Source of the DNA: Lama glama
Lineage: Eukaryota
DNA length: 64,000 bases
Direction of reading: 5' to 3'
Assembly: GCA_028534125.1 (NCBI GenBank)
Contig: CM052839.1
Span: 12,958,001 to 13,022,000, forward strand
Position numbers and translations under genes: made by a program
Part shown: piece after piece, positions 48,201 to 60,200 of the stretch
Position numbering within the stretch: the stretch's first letter is position 1
Layout of the letters: every line of letters starts with the position of its first letter
Notes under the pieces: model-generated
Seen by the model: only the letters and a program-made list of their open reading frames with translations
Databases searched by the model: none
What the model was told of the DNA's origin: nothing

Positions 48201-51200
48201 GGGAGGGCAGAGCGTGCCGGTGTGAGCGAGTCTGCGGGAGTGGGGGTTGGACGGTGCAGGGCGGAGCAGGCCGGGCCTGGGATGTTTCTGGGAGGGCAGG
48301 ACAAGGTTGAGGCAAAGGGGGCCAGAGACAGTGCAGAACCGGAGGGTGACCTCACCCCTGGTCACAGGAGACAACACCCTCTGAACTGAAGTGTGGCACC
48401 GGAGCGAGGAGCCCAGGGCCGGTCATCACACATGACTGCCACACCGTCCTTGGGGCTTTGTCGTAGCTGACCCGGTGGCTGCAGAGCCTAAAGGCATTTA
48501 GATGTGACCTGCCTTCTGGATCTGTGATGAAATCACTCGTGTCTGAGCACAGGAGGTGCTTCAGCGAACAGTGAGGCAGCACCCAGTGTTGGCTGTATGT
48601 TGACTGCACACAACCCTGGAGATTGATGCAGTCGAAGAAAGCCAAGCGCAGGCTGTACACCGCTTTTATATCTGTAAAGGTGCTTGCGATCCCACCGATG
48701 AATAGCATGCACATCTAAGACGGTAAATGCTGTTCTTCTCCGTCAGACACTTGAGCGGTTGGTCTGTGTGGAGGTGTCCGCGGAGACCCATGCCCCATCA
48801 GTGGCCGCGTGAACGCGGACCGCCGCCTCAAAGACACGAGAACTTGCACAGCAGCCCCGCCTACCGGGGTGTGTGCGCGGGAAATGTGCCCGTGTGGACC
48901 GGTGTAGGCCTGGGGCTCGGGCGGTGCCGGCCGGCCCTGCTCTGAGACGGGGTGTTTGCTGGGACTGCTGCTCCCGGGGACGTCAAGTCACAGTCAGGAG
49001 GTGGAGGGGACAGTGGTTCCACACGGGATCTGAGATCACCGGACAGAAGGAGCTTTGGGCAGGTCCAGGCTGTGGCTTTGTCACGGAGGAGCTGCGGCTC
49101 AGATGCCGAAGCCGCGGAGTTGGCGGGGCCGAGCTCCTGGGGAGGACGCGTCGGAGGTGAGCCCGCGGGTGGGGGGGCGCCCAGGCCCTGGGCAGCGAGG
49201 TGCCTCGTTCGTCCTGACCCTGAAAGGTTGTTCTGAACTTCATTTTGGAAACGACACACACACACACACCAGAGTCTGAGGGAAAACAGGAGAGGTGGGC
49301 ATAACCTGATCTGGGTCAGGACTTCATTGTTGGCGTTATTTTTATTTCTCTTTGGAATCAAGGTAGAAACTTGTCACAGAAATGGAAACAACAGTAAATG
49401 ACAGCTGGAGTTTCTGTTTCAAGTTTGCTACGAGTGTGGCTTCACCGCGTCTCTCTGGAGACGCCCTCGTGGGACGCACTCTTCGGGGGGCCTGAAAGTG
49501 GGGTATCAGGTTTCTTGACCTCGTCTTCCTTTTTTCTGTCTAGGAGCATCAGGAGGCGAACAAGCCCCCAGTGCTGCGGTCCCCAGCCTCTTCCTCACGG
49601 CCCGTCTCTCTTTCTCCTTTGGCCCCGCAGGCTCCGAGCAGCCCGGCCGACCCGGCAGCCACGGCTACGTCCGCTCCCCGTCCCCTTCGGTCAGAGCTCA
49701 GGAGCCTGTGTTGCAGCAGAGACCCAGCGTCTTCCAGGGAACCAATGGAACCAGTGTGATCACACCTTTGGACCCGAGCGCTCAGCTGCGAATCATGTAA
49801 GTGTCCGTGCATCTGGACGCAGAGCCCCGTCTCACACACGCGTTCCTTGACACTCAGGCTGCGCCGTTTCCTCCTGTCCCGCTCTCGCTCTGCTTTGCTG
49901 CACACCCCGCAGCACCCCCTTCACGGGCTGTGGTTTGGTTTTGTTTTCAGGCCGCTGCCTGCCGGGGGCCCTTCCATCAGCCAGGGCCTGCCGGCCTCGC
50001 GTTACAACACGGCTGCAGATGCCCTGGCTGCTCTGGTGGACGCCGCAGCTTCTGCCCCCCAGATGGACGTGTCCAAAACGAAAGAGAGTAAGCACGAAGC
50101 CGCCAGGTTGGAAGAAACTTTGCGCAGCAGGTCAGCCGCAGTCAGTGAGCAGCAGCTAGAGAAGGGCGTGGAGGCGGAGAAGCGAGCCGGGCAGTGTGCG
50201 TGCGCCTCCGCTCCCCCGCCGGGTGGCAGGCCCCAGCCTCACCCCGCGGTGGTTCACCCTGAGGCTGGGAAGGAGAAGGGGCCTCCTCCCAAGTCCAGAT
50301 ACGAGGAGGAGCTCAGGACCCGAGGGAAGACCACCATTACCGCAGCCAACTTCATAGACGTGATCATCACCCGGCAGATCGCCTCGGACAAGGACGGCAG
50401 GGAACGCGGCCCCCAGAGCTCAGACTCTTCCGGCAGCTGTATGTATCGCCGCTGGGCGCGCCTGCGGTCCCCAGTTCGGGATGACTTGATCCTCTAGGGC
50501 ACGCGCAACAGCTGGTGTAAAGGAGTCCCGTCTGGGCAGTGAATGGAGTGCGAAGGCTTTTGGGTTGATGGTGCAAAACCGGCTCTTCTGCTGTTCTGGT
50601 TATTTAAATATCAGAGTCTCTGAAGTACAGCAGCTGAAGTGTTTTCCATGAGAAAACCTCGCCCTTCATGGAGCTCAGGGTGGAGAGGAGACAGGCAGCA
50701 GGAGGGTGACCAGGTGTGTCACCAGGCTCTGTGCTCCTGAGGCCGCATCTCTCAAATGCTTTCTAGGACGTGCTTCAGTATTTAGGCTCCTAGAGCTGTT
50801 TACGTCTTTTTTTCTAAGATAGAGAATTTCTAAAAGTGACCCCGCCTTGTTGGCGATCACTATCATCGGTAATCGGTGTTTACGTTGCGCCGTTCTGGCA
50901 GCTGGATTTTGATCAAGTCTGGTTAGTCATTTGACGTCTACCTTGAAGTGTAAGAAAGAGTTCACAAATCTACAGTAAAATGCTAGAAAAGTTACTTTAA
51001 ACTTATTTCGACCTATTCTGTATCAAATTCTGAAGCTACAGGCAGGTATGTAAACAAGCACCTATTAACACCTGGAGGAACTTAGCTGCGCCTAGGCGTC
51101 TCCCTGGGCTCAGCTAATGAAACTGAGTTGGAGACAAAGAGAAAAATGGTTTCTGTGCGCCCACGTGAGATGCGTGGCTCTGTCTACTTCTGCACCTGAG

Positions 51201-54200
51201 GGTATCTGTTTGGGTAGATGCCCCACTGCTGAGGTTTCTGGTGGCCTGCTGTGTCAGTGGAGAAAGTCCTTTAGCCTGGGATGATGAAAATCGGCAAAAT
51301 AGGTGTTGTCCGTGCAGAAAATGGCTGGAGGAGGAAGCCGCATAGTCACATGGACAGGCCTCCTGGTCGGCGGTCCCAGCCACACGGGACCCCCGCCCCA
51401 GCCCACTGAAGCCCCATTGCCGGGCGGCACTGCCCTTCCGCTGGCGTCGCGGTAGGTGGGAGAGCGGAGCCTGCCTGCCCTCCAGCTGCTCGCTCTCTGA
51501 GCGCGCTTCTCCTGCATCCCTGAGTTGGTTCCTGTGGGAAGCCCCCGGCTCTCCCCGGGACCCACTGTGGCTCCCAGTTTTTCTCTCCAGGGCCTCCCCT
51601 CCCCGCAGCCCCTGAGGGTGCGCCGGAGCCAGGCCCTCTGTGGATGAGCTCGGGGTTGGTGCACGGGCAGCGGGGAGCACCGTTCACCGAGGAGCGTGAA
51701 GTGCTTGTTCACCGAAGGCAGTCCCCAGCCCGGCTGTCAGGACTAGACCCAGGCGGCTGCAGCTCCTGGGAGACCCGAGGGCGGGAGGAGAGAGGGCCGT
51801 CCTGCTGGCTGTCGGGGGGCAGGCGGCGGGCGCTGGCAGAGTTCATCCCTGCCTCGTACACGGGAGCGTCCACTGGTCACACCCGCTGCCTGGCCAGTGT
51901 CCCTGTGCTGCAGGGAGCACTCGGATGTCACAGGGCTCCTGAGCAGGAGGCTGCACCTGCCTCTCCCCCCGTCTCCGCCCTGAGGCCGCGGCGGGACTGA
52001 GAGGCGGCCGGGACGCCCACCGTGGACCCTCAGTCTCCTTGGGCTGGCCCGGCGGGTCAGCCTGCCCCCCTTCACACCGCCCCCCCGCTCGTGCTTCTCG
52101 CAGCATGCCAGGCGCTGACTGGCTCGGGTTGCTCTGACTGCAGTCCTCGGTGCTCTGTGAGCATCGTTACGTGATGTTACTTCACCCGCAGCTTCCGAGT
52201 CCCCGCGCTGAGGAGGAGCTGGCTGCGCACAGGGCTGAAGTGACTGGAGACAACACACTGTTGATCTACGCTCTTGGGTGTTTGGCCTCTTCTGAGGAGT
52301 GTTTCCTGGTGCTTTTCTTTTCCAGCTCCCAGGAGAACGTTGCAGACCTGTTTCTATTCCGCCTCACCTAACGGTCTCAGAGCCCAGGGAAGCGCATTCG
52401 CTCCGCGCGCCCCGGTGCCCAGCTCAGGAGCCCCGAGGTGGTGCTGGCTGGCCCCTGACACGTTCCCTGAGCTGTTTGTTGTCCTCCACCCCAGGTGCCA
52501 CCGGACGCTTCTCGGAATAAGAAATGAAGAGAAGCAAATAGATTTGAAGAGCTCGGACTTTTAAAGCTTTTCATAGGATTAGTTTTAAAATAAGATTCTT
52601 TCTTTTCTTAAAGTGTCTTCTCACCGGTATGAAGCCCCGAGCGACGCCATCGAGGTGATAAGCCCGGCCAGCTCCCCCGCGCCGCCGCCCGAGGGGCTGC
52701 AGGGCTGCCCGCCCGAGCGGGGGAGGGCCAGCCAGCCAGAAGGTGGGTGCCCCCGCCTCCACCCTCGCTGTGTGTCCAGACCGTGTACGGAAATCGCTGC
52801 TTTTGTTTGAGAGGAAACTTGTATGAGTCCAGAAACATTTAAAACTGCAGAAATGGAAAACTGGCTTTAAACCACCGTTGATTGCGTCTGTGTGTATTTC
52901 AGTGATGCAGCAAGCAGCAGACAGGGGTTGTGTGTGCACACCCGTTCTCTCACACTTTATTCTGTGCTAGCCTTCTTGTTTTTGTCAGTGAATACATATT
53001 TTTTCCTCAAAATTAAGAGATGAATTATGTTAATCTTTGCTGATGAGCAGGAGGCGGGGCCCTCCTGGAGTAAGATGTCTGTCTGTCTGTCCTGTGTTAG
53101 GCGAAGCCACCAGACAGTACGAAGGACCATCACACCACTACCGCCCGCAGCAGGGATCGCCGTCCCCACAGCAGCCGCCCCCGTCTTCCCAGGCCGAGGG
53201 GGTGGGGCAGGTGCCCCGGACACACCGACTCATCACACTCGCCGACCACATCTGCGTGAGTGTCCCCCCGCGCTTGTCTCTGTTTCGGGTCGTGCAGAAG
53301 GCACGTATCACGCAGTCACAACAGGGATGTCCAGACTTTGTATGTTGTACTTTTTCTGCAGCTACTCGGTAGATTTAACCATTTCCTTCTTTTCTTATTC
53401 ACAGCAAATTATCACACAAGATTTTGCTAGAAATCAAGTTTCCTCGCAGCCTCCCCAGCAGCCCCCCACCTCCACATTCCAGAACTCACCGTCTGCACTG
53501 GTGTCAACACCTGTGAGGACTAAAGCGTCAAACCGTTACAGCCCAGAATCCCAGTCCCAGTCTGCTCACCATCAAAGACCAGGTTCACGGGTCTCTCCAG
53601 AGAACCTCGTGGATAAGTCGAGGGGCAGGTATGGTCTGTATTTCAAGCCGTTTCTTATACCTGAGTTTCTTCACCCCTCCTCCCTGGACGGTGTCAGTGA
53701 GGGTTTTCCTTTGCACATTATTCGTGGAATGTCCACGGTCTGGGCGGTTGGTGCCATGTCCTAGAACGTGTGGAAAACCTGACCGCCCCCCCCCCCGTTG
53801 TGAGTTTGCAGAGACAGTTTTGGAGACTGGCGTTTGGTGGTGGCGTAGGGACACTTTGTGTGGTTCTTGGGAATCATAAAAATGTTGGCATGTTTAGGAA
53901 CCTGATACTAAATCACGAAAGCGAGGCCAGGAGAGAGGAAGCAGGCCTTGTGCGGCAGGGCCGCCTGGGGAAGTGTGTATCCTCTTTCCTCGTGCTCCGT
54001 GCTTGGGTTTTAAAAAGCTGAATGCAGGGTTGCTGAGGGTGGTAGCCTGACTGTTGGCATGTGTTAACTGACAGAGCAGCACAGACATTCCTAAAATGCA
54101 AACAGTGCTGAGAACAAGAGAGGGGACCAGCAGGTCAGAGACTGGCGAACACATGGAGGTCACGGTGGATGGAGGCGCCAGGCAGTGAAGCCGTTAACTC

Positions 54201-57200
54201 AGAGCACGGGAAGGGGCGTTTGCAGCCGCGGTGGTTCTCCAGCCTCGTACCAGCCCCTCAGTTAGCAAAGAACATAAAGAAGAAAGAACAGTGCATTTAA
54301 GAAGCCAAATGGTGCTCATCTGAGGGAGAAAACACAAACTTTACTGTGGGATTTTGCAAACACACCAGTGCCCGGCTGCAGCCCGGTCTCATCAACTCGG
54401 GGCCAGTTCTGTTTCTTTGTAGCCCCTTCGCCCCACCCTCTAACTGGATTATTTTGAAGCGAATCTCGGCCATCATAATTTCAGGAAGCTGGATGATCTT
54501 AAGGATGAGATGAAAACACATTGTCTTTTACCAGCAACGACAAAGAGCCCGGTTACCGGAGGCGGAGAGAGAGCTGGCTGTGTGGCTGAGCCGTCGAAGC
54601 ACAGGCCGGAGGTTCTGAGCGACTGATGGCACTGATGCAAAGAAAGTCCGTTGGACTTTTTCACTTGTAGTTTCTGCACCGCCACACCTGTGCATCTCAG
54701 TGAGGAATGCTACATTGCTTTCACTGGTTTTAGTCATACTACCTGGTTTTACAGTTTAAAATGTTCACACAATCGATAGTGGTGTTCAGACACCATCAAC
54801 TGACTTTTCAATCTGTGAACAAAACACAGAAGCACTTTCCTAGAGTTCTAGAACAGAAATCACATGAAAATGGCTGAGGATGCTGTGTGGACAAACGAGA
54901 GGTTAAAATAAACCGCGCAACAACATGGAGAAGCCAGGCAGTTTCCCTCGTCCACGAAGGGAACTGATGGTCTGGCTTCAAGTTTGAGAAATCAAGAAAG
55001 GGGTGAGATGGATTATTCAGGTCAGTTTGCGGGAACCACCAAAGAACTAAAGGAAAAATGGCCAAAAATGGCCACCTGAGAACTGGATGGGGCTTACTGG
55101 GGAGCAAATGACACATAGTATGTGTAGTTATACTGAACTGTGATAGGAATAAAAGCAGGTCACCTGACACCTGACAGGTTTCCGTTTGGTCCTCAGGTCC
55201 TTTATCTCCTAACTTACTGGGGAAGTACTTGGTCAGTCCTCGCTCAAAATCAGCAGGAAAACACTCGAGGGCTTCCTGGAGTAGGTGGCCCAGGGGAGGG
55301 CTGGCCACCTGCTGTGGGCTGGGCCTGTCCCTGGCAGTGTTTGCCACGCGACTCCCGAGTCTGCAGGCAGGCGTGGACAAAGCAACAGTAACAGACCTTT
55401 TCTTTTGATACTCGGGGCTGGGGAGTGTCTGAGGTGGCTTTGCTCCGATGCACGCGGCTGACCAAGTGATGAGTTAATTGGTTTCTGTTTGGGGTTGGCC
55501 GTGGGGAGCCCTGGGGATGCGGTCTCATGTTTTCTGTGTTCCAGCCTCAGGCCTGGGAAGTCCCCAGAGAGGAGTCACATCTCTTCAGATCCCTACGAGC
55601 CCGTCTCCCCGCCGCAGGGCCCGGTCGTGCACGAGAAGCAGGAGGGTGTGCTGCTGCTGGCCCCGCGGGGGCCCGAGCCCGCCGAGCCCAGGTGAGCGCC
55701 CCGCTCTCCTGTTCTGACGTCGTGGGTCAGGAGGCGCATTTTGTCTGTTTCCCTAGTGATCTATTGCTGGTGGATTTTAATGAAAAAACTGTAACATACC
55801 CTATTTACGTAGGTTATAGGAAGTAACTGTTCACCATTCTTCTTGAAATCAAGTCCTAGATTTTTTTTTTTTAAACCTCTTTGTCCCTGTGGTTGCTGAA
55901 CCGGCACCTGAGTGGCTCCGCACGGCGAGTGGGCGCCACGGCCGGGCTGCCTCACATGCTTTCTCCTACCGGTTCCTGGCCCTGAAGCTGCTTGCCCTGG
56001 GAACCAGGCTTTGTTCCGCTTGGTTTAGACACCTTTGATTTGGCCCCTGCCCGGCCCGCTGCCCAGTGCTCTGTCCACGCCTCCAGTGGGGTCGAGCACT
56101 GTGTCTGGGTGTGGCCAGGCCCACTCACCCCACTTCCTGCACTGCCACTGCTGCTCAGGGGTGACTCCAGGCCCCGCTGCGATCGGAGGCAGCGGGAGGG
56201 AGAGTCCGGCTTTAGGCCAAGGTCTGTCTCCTCCTTGAGGCAGTTGGTGTGTCTCCTGCAGCGTGTGGAGAGTGGTTCACTTACTGTTCGATTCATAGGC
56301 AACCAAATAGGTGTTGGTGGCTGCAGTGAAACGAGGAAGAAGCCATTTTTGGAAAGGGGATGACGTTAAATGTAATTACACACTTACAGGGTCCCCCAAG
56401 TTTGTGAACTGAGAACGGGGACCGTGCCTTACATTCCCGCCGCCTCCTGTCTGTCTGGGACTCGGGCTGTGTCTTCACGCTTGCACGACGCACGAGTCCG
56501 CGTGGCCAGTTCGGCTGTGAGCGCCCTTCCCTCTGCTCTCCATTACCGTCTGGCTCTGGCTGGACCCTGGGTGGTCTTGAGCTGTGAGCGAAAACTTGTT
56601 TTTTCAGATATGTTAGTGTCGGAAGGTACCAATGAAATATGAAACCCTCGACATGAAACTCAGCTCATCAGGCAGGCGGCCTGAAATGATTCTGACTAAT
56701 AGGCAGTTTTATTTCTACGTGGCAGCTGCTCTGTTCAGGGCTGACTGTTGATGGCGTAGGTCTCAGTGCTTTGCTTCTTCATAGGCAAGCAGCAAACAGT
56801 TGTGCTATTAGTCAAAGTAAGGCTGCGAGTAAAATGGTTCCCACTTTACACAGCAACCGTAAAAAGCCAGCGTTCACGCCGTGGCGCAGGCTGCGAGGGC
56901 CCGGGGAGCTGCCCGGGCTTCCCCGGCCCCTCCCAACGCTGCTCGCTCCTCCTCTGTTGGAGAATCGCCCTTCCCACCTGGGAAGATGGAGTTTGTTGCT
57001 CTACCTTGGCTGCTGAAGTGGTTGGCCGTGTCCTTCTACGTGACACACTGACTGGCTTACAGTCACACGCTGCTCCTTAGCTCTGTGAGCGCAGACATAA
57101 GCTGGGGATGGGATGGGGTCGTGGTCCCGGCCGCTCGGGGACTGTTGCGAGCACTGGCCAGACAGCATGGTGGTAACGCGCATTCCTGTTCCGACAGGAA

Positions 57201-60200
57201 CGATTCCCGCTCCCCNNNNNNNNNNNNNNNNNNNNNNNNNNNNNNNNNNNNNNNNNNNNNNNNNNNNNNNNNNNNNNNNNNNNNNNNNNNNNNNNNNNNN
57301 NNNNNNNNNNNNNNNNNNNNNNNNNNNNNNNNNNNNNNNNNNNNNNNNNNNNNNNNNNNNNNNCCGCCTGTAAACACACATTAGTGGTGCTGTCCCCGGG
57401 CTGCCTCCCGGGCGGTCTCCGGGTTTGAAGGCTCTTCTCGGCGTCTGGCCGCAGAGTTCCTGCCCCGACGTCCCCGGCACACGGGACTTCCCGGTAGGCC
57501 GAGCCCTCGCAGCCTTCCGGAGCTGCCCGTCTTGTCCCCGAGTGAGTGCTGGCTCGGCGGGACCGTCTTCCTCCGTGGGGCTAGGCCGGCTCTCCGCAGT
57601 GTTCACGACTGGTCTTCGTCCGTCCGGCGGGCTTTCTCGGCTCCCTGAAGACCAGGCGTGCCTTTCGAGCCTGCCTTTCTCTACAAACCCCCACCCACCA
57701 GCCGTTCATCAGGCGGCCTGCTTCTGGGCAGCCCTACCCCCACTTGTTCTCCACTGAAGTCGTTTTATTTGGCGTAGCCTCTCTCAGTAGCACGGTATGA
57801 TCTATCCCAAACTCATCACGGTGAGGGAGTCCAAGGCCGCAGCAGGGTTTTCTGGCAGCCCGAACACCGGGTGTCGGCTCTCCCGCGGGCCCCTCCGGGC
57901 GAGGGCCGGCGCGGCCTGTGCTCGCAGGTGCCCCCGTCCTGTCGGGGTCTCTCTGGATCTCAGCCCGCCGTCCAGGGCAGACTGGCACGGGCAGTCCTAT
58001 CTGTGGCCCTGGCCCCGCGCCAGACGCCGTTCTAAGTCTGGACAGAAGGTTTAGCCTCACAATGACCCGCATACTTCTGTTGCTGATGAGGAAACAGAGA
58101 CTTGGAGCGGCGGTTTGAGGACAGCAGCTGCCAGTCACTCACCTAGTGGGTCGTGGGGCGGGGCTTCAGACGCAGGGCTTCCAACTGCGCAGCCCGCGCC
58201 TCCCGGGTCCTGCTCTCGGCACTGGGGCACAGCCAGGGGCTCCAGCACCACGCCCTTCCCGAGGCTGGACTTGCACGCGCTCCCTGGATCCTTCCTTGTG
58301 CTGTTTTCAGCTCGCTCGCTCTCCCCCGCCTCCGTCACCCAGGCTTCCTGCTGTCTGTCCGGGAGCCAGAGGCTTTGCGGGATGCCCTGCAGGGACCTGG
58401 GTGTCCCACAGTCTGCTTGCTTCTGCAGCAGAAAGGACTCCTAAGTTTGCCAGCTACAAAACGCCGTGTGGATGTGTGTTTGGATCTGTGACACGTGGTG
58501 ACACACGAAGGCTGAAGGACCCAGGGGAAAAGGAGGAGCCCAGTGTCCCCATCCCAGCTCTCAGCTGCTAGATGCTCCTTTTAAGCACCAGCACTCTAAG
58601 AGAATGACTCTGAGCTGCCATCAGGCTTGCAGACCCTTTCTTCTTCTTTTTAAAAACATTACCAGGACTTCTTTCTGTCTCGTGTTCAGTGGTTTCATCT
58701 GTTACCAACAGCTCCTCAGTGTCACCAACAGACACATGGTGACACTGAGATTCTCTCCGAACCCAGGGAGGAAGCATCGAGGTGCACGGGGTTGTTAAGG
58801 TCTCACTTTTGTGCGGGGCATACACGCCCTCTGGTCTGTCTCGCCATAAAAAATCCTCCTTGACGAGAAAGTGCCATGTATGACCTGAAGCAGCCGCTTG
58901 TACAGTTTTCTCGCCTAACGTTCTACACTGTCTTCAGGCAGCTCGGTCTTCCATCGGCTCAGTCATTCCTGAGCAGGTGCTGTGTTGGGTCCCCTACTCT
59001 CTGAAAGTGTAGAATGAAACAAGGGTCTGACTAACAGAGGTAAACCTTATTAATGCCTTCGTAAGTGCTAACAAAACTTGTTTCATCTGGGATTTTTTTA
59101 ATTACAAGAACTCTGATTGTGGAAAAGGACACTTAAGGAACAGTATTGAGGGACCAGCAGCCCATGGGGCCCCAGGCACGCTGGGCTCCCCCCAGGAAGC
59201 AGACCTGGGGATCTAGGCCCCTGGCAGCTTCTCTCAGCGCCTCCATCTGCATTCGCGCCATCCCCGCGGCTGTGAACCCTGTCCCTCTCTCAGAAACTCT
59301 CCTCACCCTCCAGGCGCTGCTTTCTCCTGTCCCCGTCCCCCCCCCCCCACTGTGGCTGTTCTGTCTCCTGAGCAGCTCAGTCCTGCTTCCCTGGCTCTTT
59401 CCTGGGACTTTCGTTTTCCCTGTCGTCTCCTCCACTCTGGGGCTCAGCGTATGTGCTGGAGACTCCCAGACTTCTGTCTGGAGTTCAGCTTTTTCTGCCA
59501 AGCTCTGCCTAGAGAACTTCACAGGCCTTGTTTCTTCCTCAGTGTCTTACTGGCTCCTTAAACGTCTAAAAACGAGCGCTTGACCTGGCTCTGCACACAG
59601 CTTCTTCGCTGTTTACCTCGGGGTGGCTCCATTGACGGTCCCTCCGCCCCTCAGGAGCCCTGTCCCTGCGCTTGCTTCCGGGTGGCGCTTCGCCTCCTGC
59701 CGCCCCTTCCCAGCAGCCCCAGAACCTCTGAACCTCCGTCTTCCCTCCACCGAGTAAACCCACGTTCTCCCCCACGGCTGCCATCTGCCTTAAACCAAGG
59801 AACCTGGAACCTCCGTACGCAGCGCGGCAGTCACCTGGAGGGCTTGCTCAGGGCGGGCGTCGCAGCCCGCAGGAACCTAGGGAGCCGGGGCGGGGGGGCA
59901 CTTTACAGTGCCCTAGTTTCGTCGCCAGCTGCACTGTGGGAAATTGTCTTCATCTGACCATTTTTGATCAGTAAGGTGATTTTATTGTAACTGTCACTCA
60001 GTATTTGGTGAGTGAGTGAATCCTATCCCACCCGCTTTGGTGATGACGGCAAGGCTGCTTCAGGTTCAGTTTCTTTACCGCGTTTCCAGGAGCGTGGTCC
60101 GTGGTCCCCGCTGCGTGGTTCTTCCTGAGCCGGGCTGCCACCTCCTGTTGGCCTTCCCTGCTGGAGAGTCTGCTTCTGGGCCCGGCCCTGGCCGTCTTCA

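Noticed and set aside
48521-48552. GTGATGA...CTGA with ctgtg/cacag complementarity (C/D-like)
   Set aside because: Only about 30 nt, too short for a snoRNA, and the stem overlaps box C.
53027-53764. 245-aa ORF suggesting retention of intron 39
   Set aside because: The intron is 149 nt, not a multiple of 3; the ORF is in the exon 40 frame and reads exon 39 out of frame.
57001-57606. ORFs spanning the N-run
   Set aside because: Artefacts of translating Ns.
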